A stretch of 58,138 nucleotides of DNA, filler included, from Catajapyx aquilonaris (lineage: Eukaryota), in the NCBI GenBank assembly GCA_000934665.2. It is 2 parts of 2 records of this genome, joined end to end, with 100 filler letters (N's around TTAATTAATTAA, not from the genome) between each part and the next. Parts side by side here need not be neighbours in the genome. Positions count along the whole stretch, not along the records: positions 1 to 29,074 come from JYFJ02004839.1; 1 more part is not named here. One strand, written 5' to 3'. Both the position numbers and the translations under genes were made by a program. Each line of letters starts with the position of its first letter. Position 1 is the first letter of the stretch. Positions 12,913 through 25,224 of this stretch are shown one piece after another. Under the pieces are notes generated by a model. The model searched no databases. It saw nothing but the letters and a program-made list of their open reading frames with translations, and was not told the DNA's origin.

Positions 12913-14509
12913 GACACGACCTCCTATGTCGTATTGCTACCTCTAGCAATACATTGTAAATGAGACACGATTTGTGGGATTTGTAACCTGAAAGAAATGT
13001 TATACCTCACAAAACAATGGTGGCAGTCACTGTAAAATATGTCTGACAATACATTTTGAAGTAAGTCCGTATACCAGTATTCTTAATCATGAAAGCTACT
13101 CTAAAAAAGTCGACACGAGTGATATCTATATATTCTAGACTGAAACGTCACAAATCTTCCCGATAAACCCTAGTCACTGCAGTGTCGTTAACCCATTTAG
13201 TTCTGATAAGCCTATTACGACATAATAAAGTATTTTATATTTTATTTTACATACCACGTTTGTGGGGCCACAGGCCACGTTGCGTTGCGTTGGGGGAACT
13301 ACATGAAAGGTATTCCGATATACAGTTTTATTATAACAATTTTCGAAAGCCAATTTTAATGTAGGCAATAGTTGTGACCCATTTACATTATGGAACAGTA
13401 AACCGTAATCTTTAAGTCCTATTTTCAAAGCAAATGTAAGTTATTACACATTGTGTCTCAAAATTGGTCTGATAGACTGCACGCTGCATCATTGTGGGAG
13501 TATTTATGATGACAACGAGGTGCATAGTTATGTCCTATACTATACTATATACAGTATTAGTACCAGGTGGAGTACGCGTTAATATCCCCATATCGTATAG
13601 GACAAGCTTTGTAATAAATAATGTAGTCCAAGTAAAAAAAAAATGGAGCAGTTAGATCCGGATAACTATTAGATGGACATGGGATATCTTCGTTCCTGCT
13701 ACGAGAGCTTCAGTTGTTGAATATCACCTCGCTCGAGGTATACTTCCTTACGAGATATAGCCAACTGAGGTGGTGATAATAACTGAGGTGGTAATAACGG
13801 CTGCAAGATGGTAATGATTCATTTATGTAGCAATTAAGAAGCATGGCTGTCACTGTCAGTAGCACATGATCATAATTAATTACTGTATGTGCCATGTGTA
13901 CCGTATATAGGCTATGGATCGGCTGTCAATCCACCGATAATCTCATCAAGTAAATCCCATTTCTATATGCTCCCTTTCCCATTCAGTAACATTACGGGCC
14001 ATACTTCTGCACCACTGACCCATCCTTTACGTTTTACGATGTGACGTGACACAGTGAGCACCACTTATACTCATTACCAGAAGCGAGTATCAAAATTAAT
14101 GCTGACTGCAGCTGCTTGACACACCGCCGGTAAGTGATGGGTCAGTGATTCGGAGGTGGTTTCCTTGGTGAGTTGTATATACAGTACACAGAGAAGACCT
14201 TCTCCATGCGTGATGGGATGCGAACATTCTTGTGCATGATAAATAGCTCATTGTCTCGTCATGGCCGAGACCCATGACATGAAAAAAACACCAGCACTTG
14301 TTTACTACATACATGAGGGGGCCCTCTTAAATTGTGAAATTTGCTTGCTTGTTGCCATGTTACCTTCGACATTCACTGTAGTTTTATTGACATTTTACTA
14401 CTCACACGGTTCCAGAGACGGCGGGAATTTATTCGCGTCCTTATTTAAGAATCAGCATTGTTATTTTCCTCACCTTCCGGAATTATAGTATAATATAAAT
14501 TATGTGATA

Positions 14510-14906
14510 AACATTACTTCTGTGTCGCATTCTAACGCTAAGGCCTGGTTTGCACTACCGAAAGTGCCCTGCAGGATGAGGATTTTTATTGGTTAACAAT
14601 ACACGTAACGCGTCGAGAGAACGTCTTCCACTGCCCTCTAACTGCGACGTGTGCCTGCCCATTGTGATGGTAGACCATAGGTGCAGACTGATTTCTCAAA
14701 GGTGTGACAGTGTGACATAACACTTAGTTTTCAGTGTGTGGAGAATGTGTCCAAGACTGTGTGCCTATTGTGTCTATAGACAGCATGCACATTTCTCGTC
14801 AGAACGTGGCCGTTCTGAATTTTGGTCATCTCATCCATCTGGAATGCTGGAATAAGCTGAAGAGAATCACCACAAGGCTGGAGTGCCCAGATCATAGACT
14901 CGGATG
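14510..14906 (+). pseudogene. RCHY1: Decayed RING finger and CHY zinc finger protein (Pirh2) fragment
   Basis: With frameshifts it reads RENVFHC.NCDVCLPIVMVDH / intron 14681-14734 / CVENVSKTVCLLCL.DSMHISRQNVAVLNFGHLIHLECWNKL..RLECPDHR. This matches the Pirh2 pattern FFHC..CN.CL...HK-CIENVSR..CPICLEDIHTSR...VLPCGHLLH..C...CP.C; two Zn-ligand Cys are lost. Confidence 0.75.
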
Positions 14907-15137
14907 ACCTACCACTGATTGCACTCAGCGCAGTCTATAGAGCATCTAAGACCATGGTAGAGTCTAGACGTACCATTAGCTATATGTCATCTAGGCCTAC
15001 AGCATAGGTTGACTTTGTGAGACGTGTAACTAAATACAGAATATTCATCTCACACTTGCATAAGCAATACCGCTATACCTTTGGTATTTATTTTTAAATA
15101 GTGTTTTTCGCATTGTCGACACATTGCGACTTCAGCA

Positions 15138-15344
15138 GGGTTCGAACCCGGCCGAGGTCGGTGACTTTTCTCCGGGTGGTAGAAAAGTGAGAGTGGGCCT
15201 TCCTTCGGTCCCGTGTGCTTGTGATATTGCGCGAGTGCACGTTCAAGATCCCCAGAGTGGCCAAATTTTCAGTAGGAGGACCATCCCCTGGCGTCGGTGT
15301 TTAGCCTTTGCAGCAGAAATAGGCCGACGTTAAGCCCCACGGAT
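15138..15344 (+). mobile_element. 5'-truncated Meta/Ruka-like SINE
   Basis: Begins at the B box; homologous to 3661-3912; perfect 15-bp TSD ATTGCGACTTCAGCA (15123-15137, 15345-15359). Confidence 0.88.
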
Positions 15345-15721
15345 ATTGCGACTTCAGCACCCAAAATCAGCTTACATAAGCCATAAAAGGAGCACAATAA
15401 ACTCCAGAGTCACCAGATGTGGTTTATTTAAACCCGTTAATAATAGACAAAAATAATGTTAAATGTCAGGTAATATTGCTCCGTCTCGGCTTGTGAGGTG
15501 GATTAAACATTGTGAGATTGAAAGTTGGCATCTATTCAGTAAACAATTAAATCAATTGATTAACATATTTCAAATTACATAGGTTGCCTCTACCATCCTC
15601 AAAAAATTATTCAGCCATGTATGTGAAGGTATTAACTAAATGAACACGATAATTTAAGATTGTCCCAAGTGGAAATGACTGATGCACACGTCCCTTATAG
15701 GCCTAAATGTTGAAGTGATAT

Positions 15722-16062
15722 AATAATAATGATGGGTGTAATGCCGTACCTCAACAGAGGTCTTGGCAGGACCTTTATTTTGTCAAGGTGGTACATGAAT
15801 TTGACAACGTAGAGTGGCCCTTGGTCCAAGGGCAGGGTGACTGGGAGAGGATGTGCAATGTGCAAGTGCAATGTCGGCACTATGGTCATTTTGTGAGCTC
15901 CCCCGGATGGTTCGTCTATCGGAAATCCCACCCTAGACGAAGCCTGAGATGACCCCGAACTCCGCACGAGATGAAAGGGGGGAATGCCCGGGCTTGGGAT
16001 CGAACCCGGGACCCTTCCATCCGTGGGCGCGTGCGTTACCGCAGCGCCACTTCACCTTCCCT
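15722..16062 (-). mobile_element. Full-length tRNA-derived SINE with (ATT)n tail
   Basis: tRNA head; 14-bp TSD TGTT(G/T)AAGTGATAT (15708-15721, 16063-16076). Confidence 0.85.
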
Positions 16063-16134
16063 TGTTTAAGTGATATGAATATATATTTATGTAGATTCGG
16101 AGAAATAAATAATCATGTTGATATCTTTGATACT

Positions 16135-16650
16135 TATTTATTAATTTAAGTTACCCCGTTGTAGGGCGGAACCCTTTTGGGGGGACAGCTCTGGGTACAC
16201 AAGGGGGGGGGGGGGGANGGGAAATTAAATGATAGGTTTTACATACAACAACCAAAAATTACTTACAATTTCAAAAACACTTTAGGGTGATTTTAGTGCA
16301 GCACAGGTCTACTTACTTGTTAGTAAGTTTGCAGCCGTTATTTGAGAAGAGTGAAATGGAAACAGAGGGAGACCTGGGTCAGGAAAAGGGGGGTTGGGAG
16401 GAGTCAATACACAGGTTAATCCTCTTCACAACGTTGTCAAAAAGATTGAAGAGGTTGAAAATTGAGCCTTTGGGTAGGTCATCGATATCTTTAATATTGT
16501 TTACAGCCATTACAGGGGATATTAGAACCCATGGAGATGAGCATGGGGCCGCTACCCTCAAGATTCCCTGTTATTTTTCAGGAGTTTTAACGCGGAATGG
16601 ATAGTGCCAGATGAGGTGCGTGGTGCAACCTGATTCTAGTGTTTTTAAAA
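16135..16650 (-). mobile_element. 3' fragment of a LINE
   Basis: Degenerate C-terminal Zn-knuckle-like 'CTTHLIWHYP', ORF end, poly-C tract, terminal CCCCCC-stemloop-ACGGGGTAA and a TAAA-like tail. Confidence 0.5.
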
Positions 16651-17090
16651 AGAGCCACACTAATATCTTAAAATTATTTCCTGTCGTACATTCTCATGAG
16701 TGGAAACTTTCTGTCTACCTTGCGAAATGCAAACTCATCATCGAGTAACTCGAAGTAATTATTATTTCTCCGCGTATCTTATTTGCACCCCTCCCAAGCA
16801 GTTTATTGAACCATTTCCCATAATTGAATTTAAAATACAAGTGGTATGATCTGTATCTACTATACCGTGTAATTATGTTTAAACAAGGCCGACATGTTCA
16901 CAGGACAACAAAACATACAAATAGCATAATTAAATATTTGAATTCAAAATATGCACAATAATAGTGATACTGCATTAACATGACTGTGGGATTCTTTAGC
17001 AAAATATAAAGATAAAGACATATCAAGTTAATTTTTCAAATAAAATTGTAATTTAATAAGAAAAGTACAATTATTATCAACACAAATAAA

Positions 17091-20000
17091 TTACAAATAA
17101 CAAGGTGGTACAAAGGTAGGACCATTGAACATGTCTGACACGGCGCTGTAAGTGGACAAAATTCCTCCAAAAATTCCAACTGCAACCATTTCGTATAGAA
17201 ACACTTTCACGTGTAGAGATATATTTCTGAAAGTAAAATATGTGCTTAAACATCACCATCTCAGTAAAACTCGCATTTTCAACCAACCTTGATGGCCAAT
17301 TAGGACCTTCCTGATTGCAAAGCCTGATGTATAGGATAGGAGGAAGCACAAAAGTGAGTAAAGTAATTGTTGAAGCACCCACTAGGGACAGAATTTTGCT
17401 GAAGTGTGGAATTGATTCTGCCACAAAAGTTATGCTGACCATTAATGATGTCCGACAAGCCATTCTCCTCCAGCCAAACACTGAAATAATAATGTTTACT
17501 GAGTTTGTAGCAATTCATTCGGTTTGCTAGTTGGTTGGTTGTCACTACAATATAATATTTTAAAATACAAAGGCTGACCATAATAATTAATGGCTTAATT
17601 GCAACACCTGAGTTTTCTATGACCATAACTTATATTCCAACCATGGTACAAAAGTACAAATGGAGGAATTTAAAGGTATACCGTAGTGAGATATATTTTG
17701 AGGTGTAAAATTGGCAGGACGTTTATGAGTGGAAGGAGAAAATAGTCGTGCTGCCGCCAATACTTATAATAATTAATTATTCGCCACTTGCTGGTGCCTT
17801 GGCAAGGCTAGTTACTGCTGACGCCCACTTAAGTAGTGTCCATGTTTATTCACAAATGCCGCGTAGTGCAGATTTTAATGGAACCTTACCTGGCGGTATT
17901 TTAAAAAATTCCTCCAGATCTTGACATATGGGGTTTACGACCACGACGTAGGTAAGCACAAGATGAGTGAGGACCAAAATGCGTGACGTTATCACCAAAG
18001 GTCCTTGATGAATTCCATCCATTACATTATCTTTCGTACCATCGCCAATAAGCGCGTATCCTGGGATGCACACCATCAGGTACAAGAGATTGATAACTAT
18101 ATGTGGATAGAGGCAAGTGTGTCAAGTCGAGAAGAATGCCAAATAAAGTAAGTTATACCAGGTGGAACACACACTACTCAAATCCGTATCTGTGAAAATC
18201 TCGCATCTGGGTGGGTGGTTCATATATGGGGAGGTGTTATGGATCCAATAAACCATATACGGGTGCACTACATCAGTAATTATGACCAATCAACGAGGGA
18301 TGAGGAAAAGCGATTTTTGTACAGTGCAGTGCAGTGGGAGGAAAGATGATAAAATCCAGTCAACCCATGCGAAGAAATATATCAGCCCCTCACATTCATT
18401 CTTCTTGTTTTTTAAAGTTTAAAATATGGCATAAAGTTATACAAGTACCGTATGTGACATTGAAAAATGTTAAAATAGAATCTTTCTATCGGAGTGTACC
18501 GGTACTGTATAACTGCCTGTAACACTTGATGGTGGGGTGATATAGTTTTGAGTGTCCTCGGAATTTCCACAGATACAGATGTAAAGTGACTTTTGTTCCA
18601 CACGGCATCTAGAATATTATACAGTACATTATAAGTATTATAAAATATTTCGCAACCCTTACCTATGAAAGCTACTATAACGCTTTTTTTGAACTGGCTT
18701 CTGTCCTTCATGTCATTCTGGATGGTCGGAAAAGACGAAGCACCTCCAAAACTGAACAATATGGTGCCAAAAGCAAGCAAGGAATTTGTGGGTGTTGGAG
18801 CATCATGTGTTGCATAAGGTAGAGTCTCCTCTCTGTACATAATTATTTGAGTCATGAGGAAGACACACGTGAGGGCCATTGTAGCCAGAGCACCAACAGC
18901 AGCCACCCAGAAGTCTTTTGGTGTCCCCAACCATGTCACCGGACAGAGGGCAGCACCTATTATTAGTGACCAGTGACAGTATGATAGTTTCCTCCAACTG
19001 GACAAGTCGCTGACCACGTCCTGCACCATTGAGGCTACCAGAAGAAGAAACACGACAGCGATACCGAAGAGCGTCAGATAGATGCTGACTCGTATCAGGA
19101 TCCGTGCCCAGGCTCCAAAGGCCTTCATTCCTATGGTCGGATATGGGTCTCTGATTTGGCCTTTGCATTCGGGATACCGCTCTTCTAGAATGGTCCAGCA
19201 GGTAGCCAGACGTGTCCCGCTGTAACCGGCTGCTGCACCCAATATTACCATCAGGGGAATTCCAATCCATCCTGTAAAGATGCACATGGTTTAATAATAA
19301 TGTGAAAGGAACAGGGTGACATAACGAGGTTGATTTGGCAAAAAATGTTCCTAGCAATATTATTGATGATGTGTCATTGCATTCTTTTTAGAGACAAGGC
19401 CGGGGCGCCATAGTCCGCTTACGGAGGAGCTCGCCCCCTAGCGTGACGTCATGATTCCGGCACCCGGGCCTTGTCTCTAGGTGGCCCTGATGTAGGCCCC
19501 TGAAAAAGCCATTGCCATATTACTGTAGCCTATATCTAATCACCCAATCCCACTTCGGAATAACACCACTGAATTCCCAGTATTTATATTATTTTAAGCT
19601 CTTCACATAAAGAATAAATTTTCTACCAATGTCAACCACTGCCTTCGGAAGTGTCAGGACTCCACTGCCCACCATATCTCCAGCGACAAAAGTGGCCGCA
19701 GTAACCATCGTAAGTCCATGGCTTGCGATTGATGATGCCGACTCTTGAGAAGGCGGGCTCTCATTATTCCTTCCTGACAATTCAATCTGCAAATAAGAGA
19801 TATAAATTAGTTGTGACTCAGTTTAGAACTTAGACTAATCCTGTACCGGTACTTGACTTGCTAGTCCACATGTGGTGCATTTGCCGAGTGTCCCTCATAG
19901 GGGACACTCGGTTTCAAAGCCACCCTCAGACAAGGGAAGTAAAAAATATGCCTATATTTCCACATCGACATCATCATTCATAAGTTTTCTAAGTATTACA

Positions 20001-20824
20001 AACAAAAAATAACTCATAATGCTAATCAACATTCGAAGAATTAATTACTAATCGTCTTCGGAACGTGGAGGTGCAGCCATTATTCCCTGAGTTAAAATTC
20101 AAACACCTGTATCTTAAAAATCTGAAGCAATATTGAGCAGGTTTGAACTTGTATCGTTAGCCGGGACTCTCCTGAAGCCCCCGTCACTACTGCCAGCTCT
20201 TTAGCAGCAGAAGAACCTGCGCAAAAAATTAAAATGTAACAACTGTGCAGGTGTCCCCTATAGGGGACACTCGGCATATCTGGGTTAAGTGGACGAAAAC
20301 TTTTAAAGTTTTCATGGATGGTCCCTCATGCTAAAATATGTAGTGTCTATAATATTAAAATCCTTGCGGTGTTTGTATAAGTAGTCTGATTGGTGCGCCC
20401 CCATATTGTCGTTACTGCCACGTTCCGATTGGCCCTCTTTCAACACATGCGCCATGGGGTGTAAACAACACCTCTGGTGAGTTGCCGGGGAAACTGTCCA
20501 TTCCTTCTCTGTATTGTTGCCCAGTTGGCACTACTGTGAAGTTGTTCACTGAGTCAGTAATGGAACGACAGACACACGAATGACATGTTCTCACTAATTG
20601 GGACATTCGAAGACTGCTGGAAGGTTAACGTTACACCCTACCCCGGCGATATGGTGCACCGAATAGGTAGGCCTACCCCAGGCCGCAGGTCTAGAAAAGA
20701 GCGAGCGAAGCGAGTGGTTTTCTAGGCCTGCGTCCTAGGAAAATGCGAGCGGATCGAGGGTTTTCCTAGTATTATTTTAAAAACCTACCTGGTAAATTCC
20801 TGTTGGTCTATTCATTGTGTCCAT
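17091..20824 (-). CDS. Amino-acid transporter, Aa_trans family, paralogue B, 446 aa; exons 20824-20789 (or alternative 26746-26720), 19786-19627, 19271-18663, 18096-17890, 17480-17288, 17226-17091
   Basis: Same exon structure and phases as paralogue A, 1341 nt open frame; GDMVGSGVLTLP, WLGTPKDFW, FGGASSFPTIQNDM, FVPPCYL*. Confidence 0.9.
19389..19479. mobile_element. Small MITE-like hairpin element in an intron
   Basis: TIR TAGAGACAAGGCC...GGCCTTGTCTCTA, extendable to about 21 bp with mismatches. Confidence 0.55.
19883..20284. mobile_element. piggyBac-like MITE
   Basis: Subterminal palindromes G(A/G)GTGTCCC..AGGGGACACTCGG at both ends; right end ...ATCTGGG|TTAA; left terminus degenerate. 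Confidence 0.45.
20346..20769 (+). mobile_element. Non-autonomous Helitron
   Basis: 5' TC, 3' GCGAGCG..CGAG..CTAG|T, no TSD. The empty site is visible in the paralogous block (ATGTAGTA|TATTATTT at ~12488). Confidence 0.85.
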
Positions 20825-21205
20825 TTTGTTAGCTGCTCTCAACAGACAATGCCTCCACTACGGCTTCGAAATAAATATTAGGCTCCTTATCGCATCATTT
20901 GCTTATCCACAAGTGATTGAGATTGTCTTGCTGTCATTGTAAGTACAGAGATAACACTAGTGATTGGAATAAAACACTATATGCAATCCCATTGTAATTA
21001 CTGTTCCCGTTGAACTAATTAAGATAGCCAGAAGCTAAATATTTCCAGATTAACTGTAACAGTTTTTCTGCAAGATAGGCCAACCAGAATTAGTCTATTC
21101 AAAGCAATGTTCTGTTATTTCAGTAGGCTAGTATTGCAATGTAGCTTATTAACATGAAAGTACAGTAGTAGGTGTCTTGGTTTAGAATGTTGGTAATCAT
21201 GGGGG

Positions 21206-21264
21206 CGCTGCGACAATTCTTGTTGGACAGCAGGTACTGCTGTCCAACAAGAATTGTCGCAGCG
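21206..21264. repeat. Perfect 28-bp inverted repeat with 3-nt loop
   Basis: CGCTGCGACAATTCTTGTTGGACAGCAG-GTA-CTGCTGTCCAACAAGAATTGTCGCAGCG. Confidence 0.95.
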
Positions 21265-21989
21265 GCAGCGCACGAACTAGTTAGAGGCGCCCCCCATTAC
21301 ATTTACATGACAACGTAAATGCATGATGTAATACATGTTTCATGTGTGAAATTGTCTCCTCTTTCCGACAAAAATAGTCACTTCACGATAGCTGTGCAAA
21401 TTCATGTCACAAATCGACATTTTTGCAAACAAATGACATTTTCAAAAAAGTTCCTAAGTCAAATATCATCACATTGATATCAAAATACACCTCACAGTGT
21501 CCTCTATGCTCTATCAGTGGTACAAACGGAATTTTGGAATACGCAATGGTTACGGAGCTATAGGTACTGACGTGGAGCGCTGCGCTGGTGGCCAAGCCTC
21601 CACAATGAAAAGGAGCGGTCCACCCACGGCCGCTTGAGAGAGATTCCTAGTAGGAATCATTGTGAATATATCGGTCCAATTTCCAAATATTTGGTCCTCC
21701 GAAAATTAGTGATGGAATTGCGCCACACATTTCATATTTAGTGACACGAATATAGATCCACACAAGTTGCAATCCACTAACGTAGAATGCCCCATAATTT
21801 ATTAATAAGGTTGGTTTTCAAAGAAATTGCCTGTGAAGTATTTAGTGCAATCTCCTATGCAACAGGTAGAAATAAATTTTGAAGCAAAATTAAAGTGTTT
21901 TGAAGTAAGCTATTGCAATATTGCAGATTAATTAGTGTGAAAATAATACTTCACCTTTTTTAGCCGAGCTAACCATTTTCCACTCTGTG

Positions 21990-22215
21990 CCGGTCGACAG
22001 ATGATATTATGCCTTGAGCCTGTTTTCATCCACTGGGACAAAGCGGTGCCACTTCCTTGTCCCAGGAATGGCAGCAGCAGTCTCAAATCTTTCGTTTAAT
22101 ATTTTTTTATAGCTGGCAATCCATCTGAAGGGAACCAGAGTGGAGTTACATCCTGCAATGCCTGCTCGCTCCAGTCATATGTACATATTTATGCCAATTC
22201 GAAGCTCCACGCAAC
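21990..22215 (-). pseudogene. Transposase C-terminal remnant, probably Sola2-like
   Basis: Frameshifted 'YDWSEQALQDVTPLWF...KKILNERFETAAAIPGTRKWHRFVP' resembles the L..RF..A..IPGTR..H.F.P tail I associate with Sola2-type transposases. The family assignment is from memory. Confidence 0.5.
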
Positions 22216-23147
22216 ACCCTTTAAAAAAAATCGCCGTGGCGTTGTTCGTGGAATGAGCGCAATGGGACATATATCATTTCGTTGGACATGAAGCGAGGAT
22301 TCCAGTGATATATATGTCGGTCACATACTACAAGTGCCACAGAGCGAAAACCGGGGCCAAATGTCTCGAAATTGACCAAAAATCCAAAGTTTCCGATTTT
22401 TTTTCTCCAGAAATATGCATGACTCAATCTTCAACCTTGACACATTGCAACTTGTGTGGATCTACGTATATTCGTGTCACTAAATATGAAATGTGTGGCG
22501 CAATTCCATCACTAATTTTCGGAGGACCAAATATTTGGAAATTGGACCGATGTAAAGACAGCCTGGTTTTTTTCTGGTTACATTTGCATGTGAAACCACT
22601 TCCATGGCCGCATTGTCCTCGTCGTCCTCTTTCTTCTGATATATAGGTTTGATGGGTTTGAACGACTCCCACACCCCGAAATAATTCGCCGAAGAAGAGC
22701 TGATTTCCCGGCCGACCCAAATTTTGGGAGTGCCCCCCTCCCACCGGTGTTGCGCAATAGGGCTGAAATTTGATATTTCGCATTAGATCCAAGGTGTGTA
22801 CAATCATGATTTTTTTCAGAAAAATCGGAGATGGTCGAGCAACACTTTGACTCAGTTGAGCTGGAATGACCCTGATATGATACAAGTTTCACGTGTGAAA
22901 TTGTCTCCTCTTTTCGACAAAAATGCTAACTTCCTGACAGATGTGCAAATTCATGGCAAAGAGCGAGAATTTTGCAAACAAATTAAATTTTCGAAACGAC
23001 AGCCAAAGTTAAATACCATCAGTCATCACAATGATATCAAAAAATTCCTCATATTGTCCTCTATCAGCCATACAAACGGAATTTTGGCATACGCAAGGGT
23101 TACGGAGCTATAGTCACTGACGTGGAGGGGTGCAGGAGTGCAATATA

Positions 23148-23940
23148 CAGGGTGTGTCTGAACTCACAGTCAGTGCCCCGACGTATATGACTGCCTTCCT
23201 AGCAACCAGAGGATCAACTTATGTAAAGGAGTCATTATGTCTGGGCAGCCTCATTACTGAGATACACTCTTTAGCGATTTTTATCTAATCGCTCCTTCTG
23301 ACTTTTTTTTTGCGTTACCCCGTGACAGGGCCATAGGCCCTTATAGGGGGGTGGAATACCACCATTTTTCCTGCAATTTTCTGATTTTTTTTCTTCTAAC
23401 TCCGGTGCAAGGTTGAAAGGACATGAGGTAAGGATATAGGGATTTTTGGGGAGGGAACATTGGTGCAAGTGCAATGTCGGTAAAGGGGTCATGATTGTGC
23501 TGTTCCCCAGGAGGTTAGGTTGCCAGACACCTCCTTGGTGCCAGAGACCCTCCTGACGCAGGTGAAAGGAAAGTTCCCCAGGCGGGGATCGAACCTGGGG
23601 CCTTTCACTCAGCAAGCCGAGACGTTACCATCTCGGCCATCTACACCTCCCCGCTCCTTCTGACTTCTAAATAGAATTTTCTGGTGTAACTAGCCAAAGA
23701 GGCCTTACCACCTGTGGGCAACAAACCACCAAAGTCCGGCCCCCAGACCTTCCAGAGCCTTCTGACTGGGGGAGGGTTCGATGGGTGGCCTAACCGACAG
23801 GATATTTTGTACTACATGTTTGCGGCCAATTATCTCAGTAATGCTGCGGCCAGACATAATGACTCCTATACTTAAATCGATCCTCTGGTGGCTAGGAAGG
23901 CAGTCATATAAGTCGGGGCACTGAGTTCAGATACACCCTG
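23148..23940. mobile_element. Tc1/mariner-type MITE
   Basis: TA|CAGGGTG...CACCCTG|TA; ~115-bp imperfect TIRs. Confidence 0.85.
23305..23651 (-). mobile_element. tRNA-derived SINE nested in the MITE
   Basis: A/B boxes, poly-A tail, 15-bp TSD CGCTCCTTCTGACTT (23290-23304, 23652-23666). Confidence 0.9.
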
Positions 23941-24163
23941 TATATTCCATTTATAGTGAAAGCAAGGGGCCCATATGGAGTCGCAAGGAATTCCGTACAG
24001 GTCTCAACAGTGAACATTCATTTGGACTGTGACTAGGAACGAATAGAGGAATGAACATAAAAATAAAAGTAGGCTACATGTTTCTCTATTCTAAATAATC
24101 AAGCATATTTTTCGTAACACACACTTGACACTTGTGAAAATTGAAACTTTGTTGAACATGACC

Positions 24164-25224
24164 TTAGTCAGATATTAACGGGGTTATTCCAGACCATGTA
24201 GGTCCCTAAACCCCGGGCCCCACGTAGGGCCTATATCATCACTCTAAGTCCCTTTCATCGTGGTCCGCCAGGTGAGGACCACCCGTTCGCTTCCGAATCG
24301 AACCCAAGCCGTCATAGGGTCGAGACTCGACCATCGGGACGACACCCAGAGGAGCCGCCCGTCCCACGATCGAGTCCCGAACCCGCAAGGTCCGGAGCTC
24401 GCCCCAATCCCGTCCGACAGGCCTCTCGACTTCTGCCTGGTCACCCAGGCCTCCGTCGAGCCCCAAAGGGAAAGGTCCCGTCGGAGAAATCGGGGCCCGC
24501 TCCGGACCCCCGTCATGTCCCACCTGTGGGACCCCAGCCGCACTCTGTCGTCGCCTCTGTGTCTCACTCCTCCTCCTACTCTATCCTCGGCTCCGACCCG
24601 CGTAACTTTCATCGTCCCCGGTGTTCCCCGCGACGACCGCCGCGACGACCACCGGCAACACCCACTCTGCCGTCGTTGACACTCGCCAAGTGTCGAATGA
24701 CTGCCAGGCAGAACCTGTTGAACTCCTCCGGCAGACAAGACAACAGCACCTCCCCGGAGCAAGGCCAGCCGCACCCGCTGCAAACTGCGTCCCTCAAAAG
24801 GGCCGCCCGCGCCTGCTCCACCTCCGGTAGCAGACAGTCCAGCAGGACGTGCGATGCGTCCTGACAACCCTCACCGCACCCGTCCGACAGCAGATGAAAC
24901 CTCTCCAAGTAGGCCCGGAAGGGGCCGTGGTTCACAAGAATCTGGGCGACGTGTCCTCTCCAGGTGTGGCCGACGACCTCGTTCGGGAGAAACTCCCTCG
25001 TCCACGTACTACCTTCCCGCTCCCAATCCTCCTTCCAAAGCCGCAGGCCCTCCAGATGCCAACGTGCAGCGATGCTCCGATGGTGCTCTCCCAAATAGAG
25101 GTGGCCAGTCTGCCGCTCCGTCGCCGCTTTAGCCGCCTGGTCCGCCAACTCGTTTCCGAGTGTGCCGACATGCGCACGGACCCAGCCCAGGCGGACATGA
25201 GACCCCCGGCGACCCCGCAGCTCA
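24164..25224 (-). mobile_element. 5'-truncated non-LTR retrotransposon (R1/LOA/I group) with RNase H end and C-terminal Zn finger
   Basis: WVRAHVGTLGNELADQAAKAA (RNase H), QILVNHGPFRAYLERF..CG...DASHVLLDC; GC-rich 3'UTR; perfect 14-bp TSD TGTTGAACATGACC (24150-24163, 25225-25238). Confidence 0.9.
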
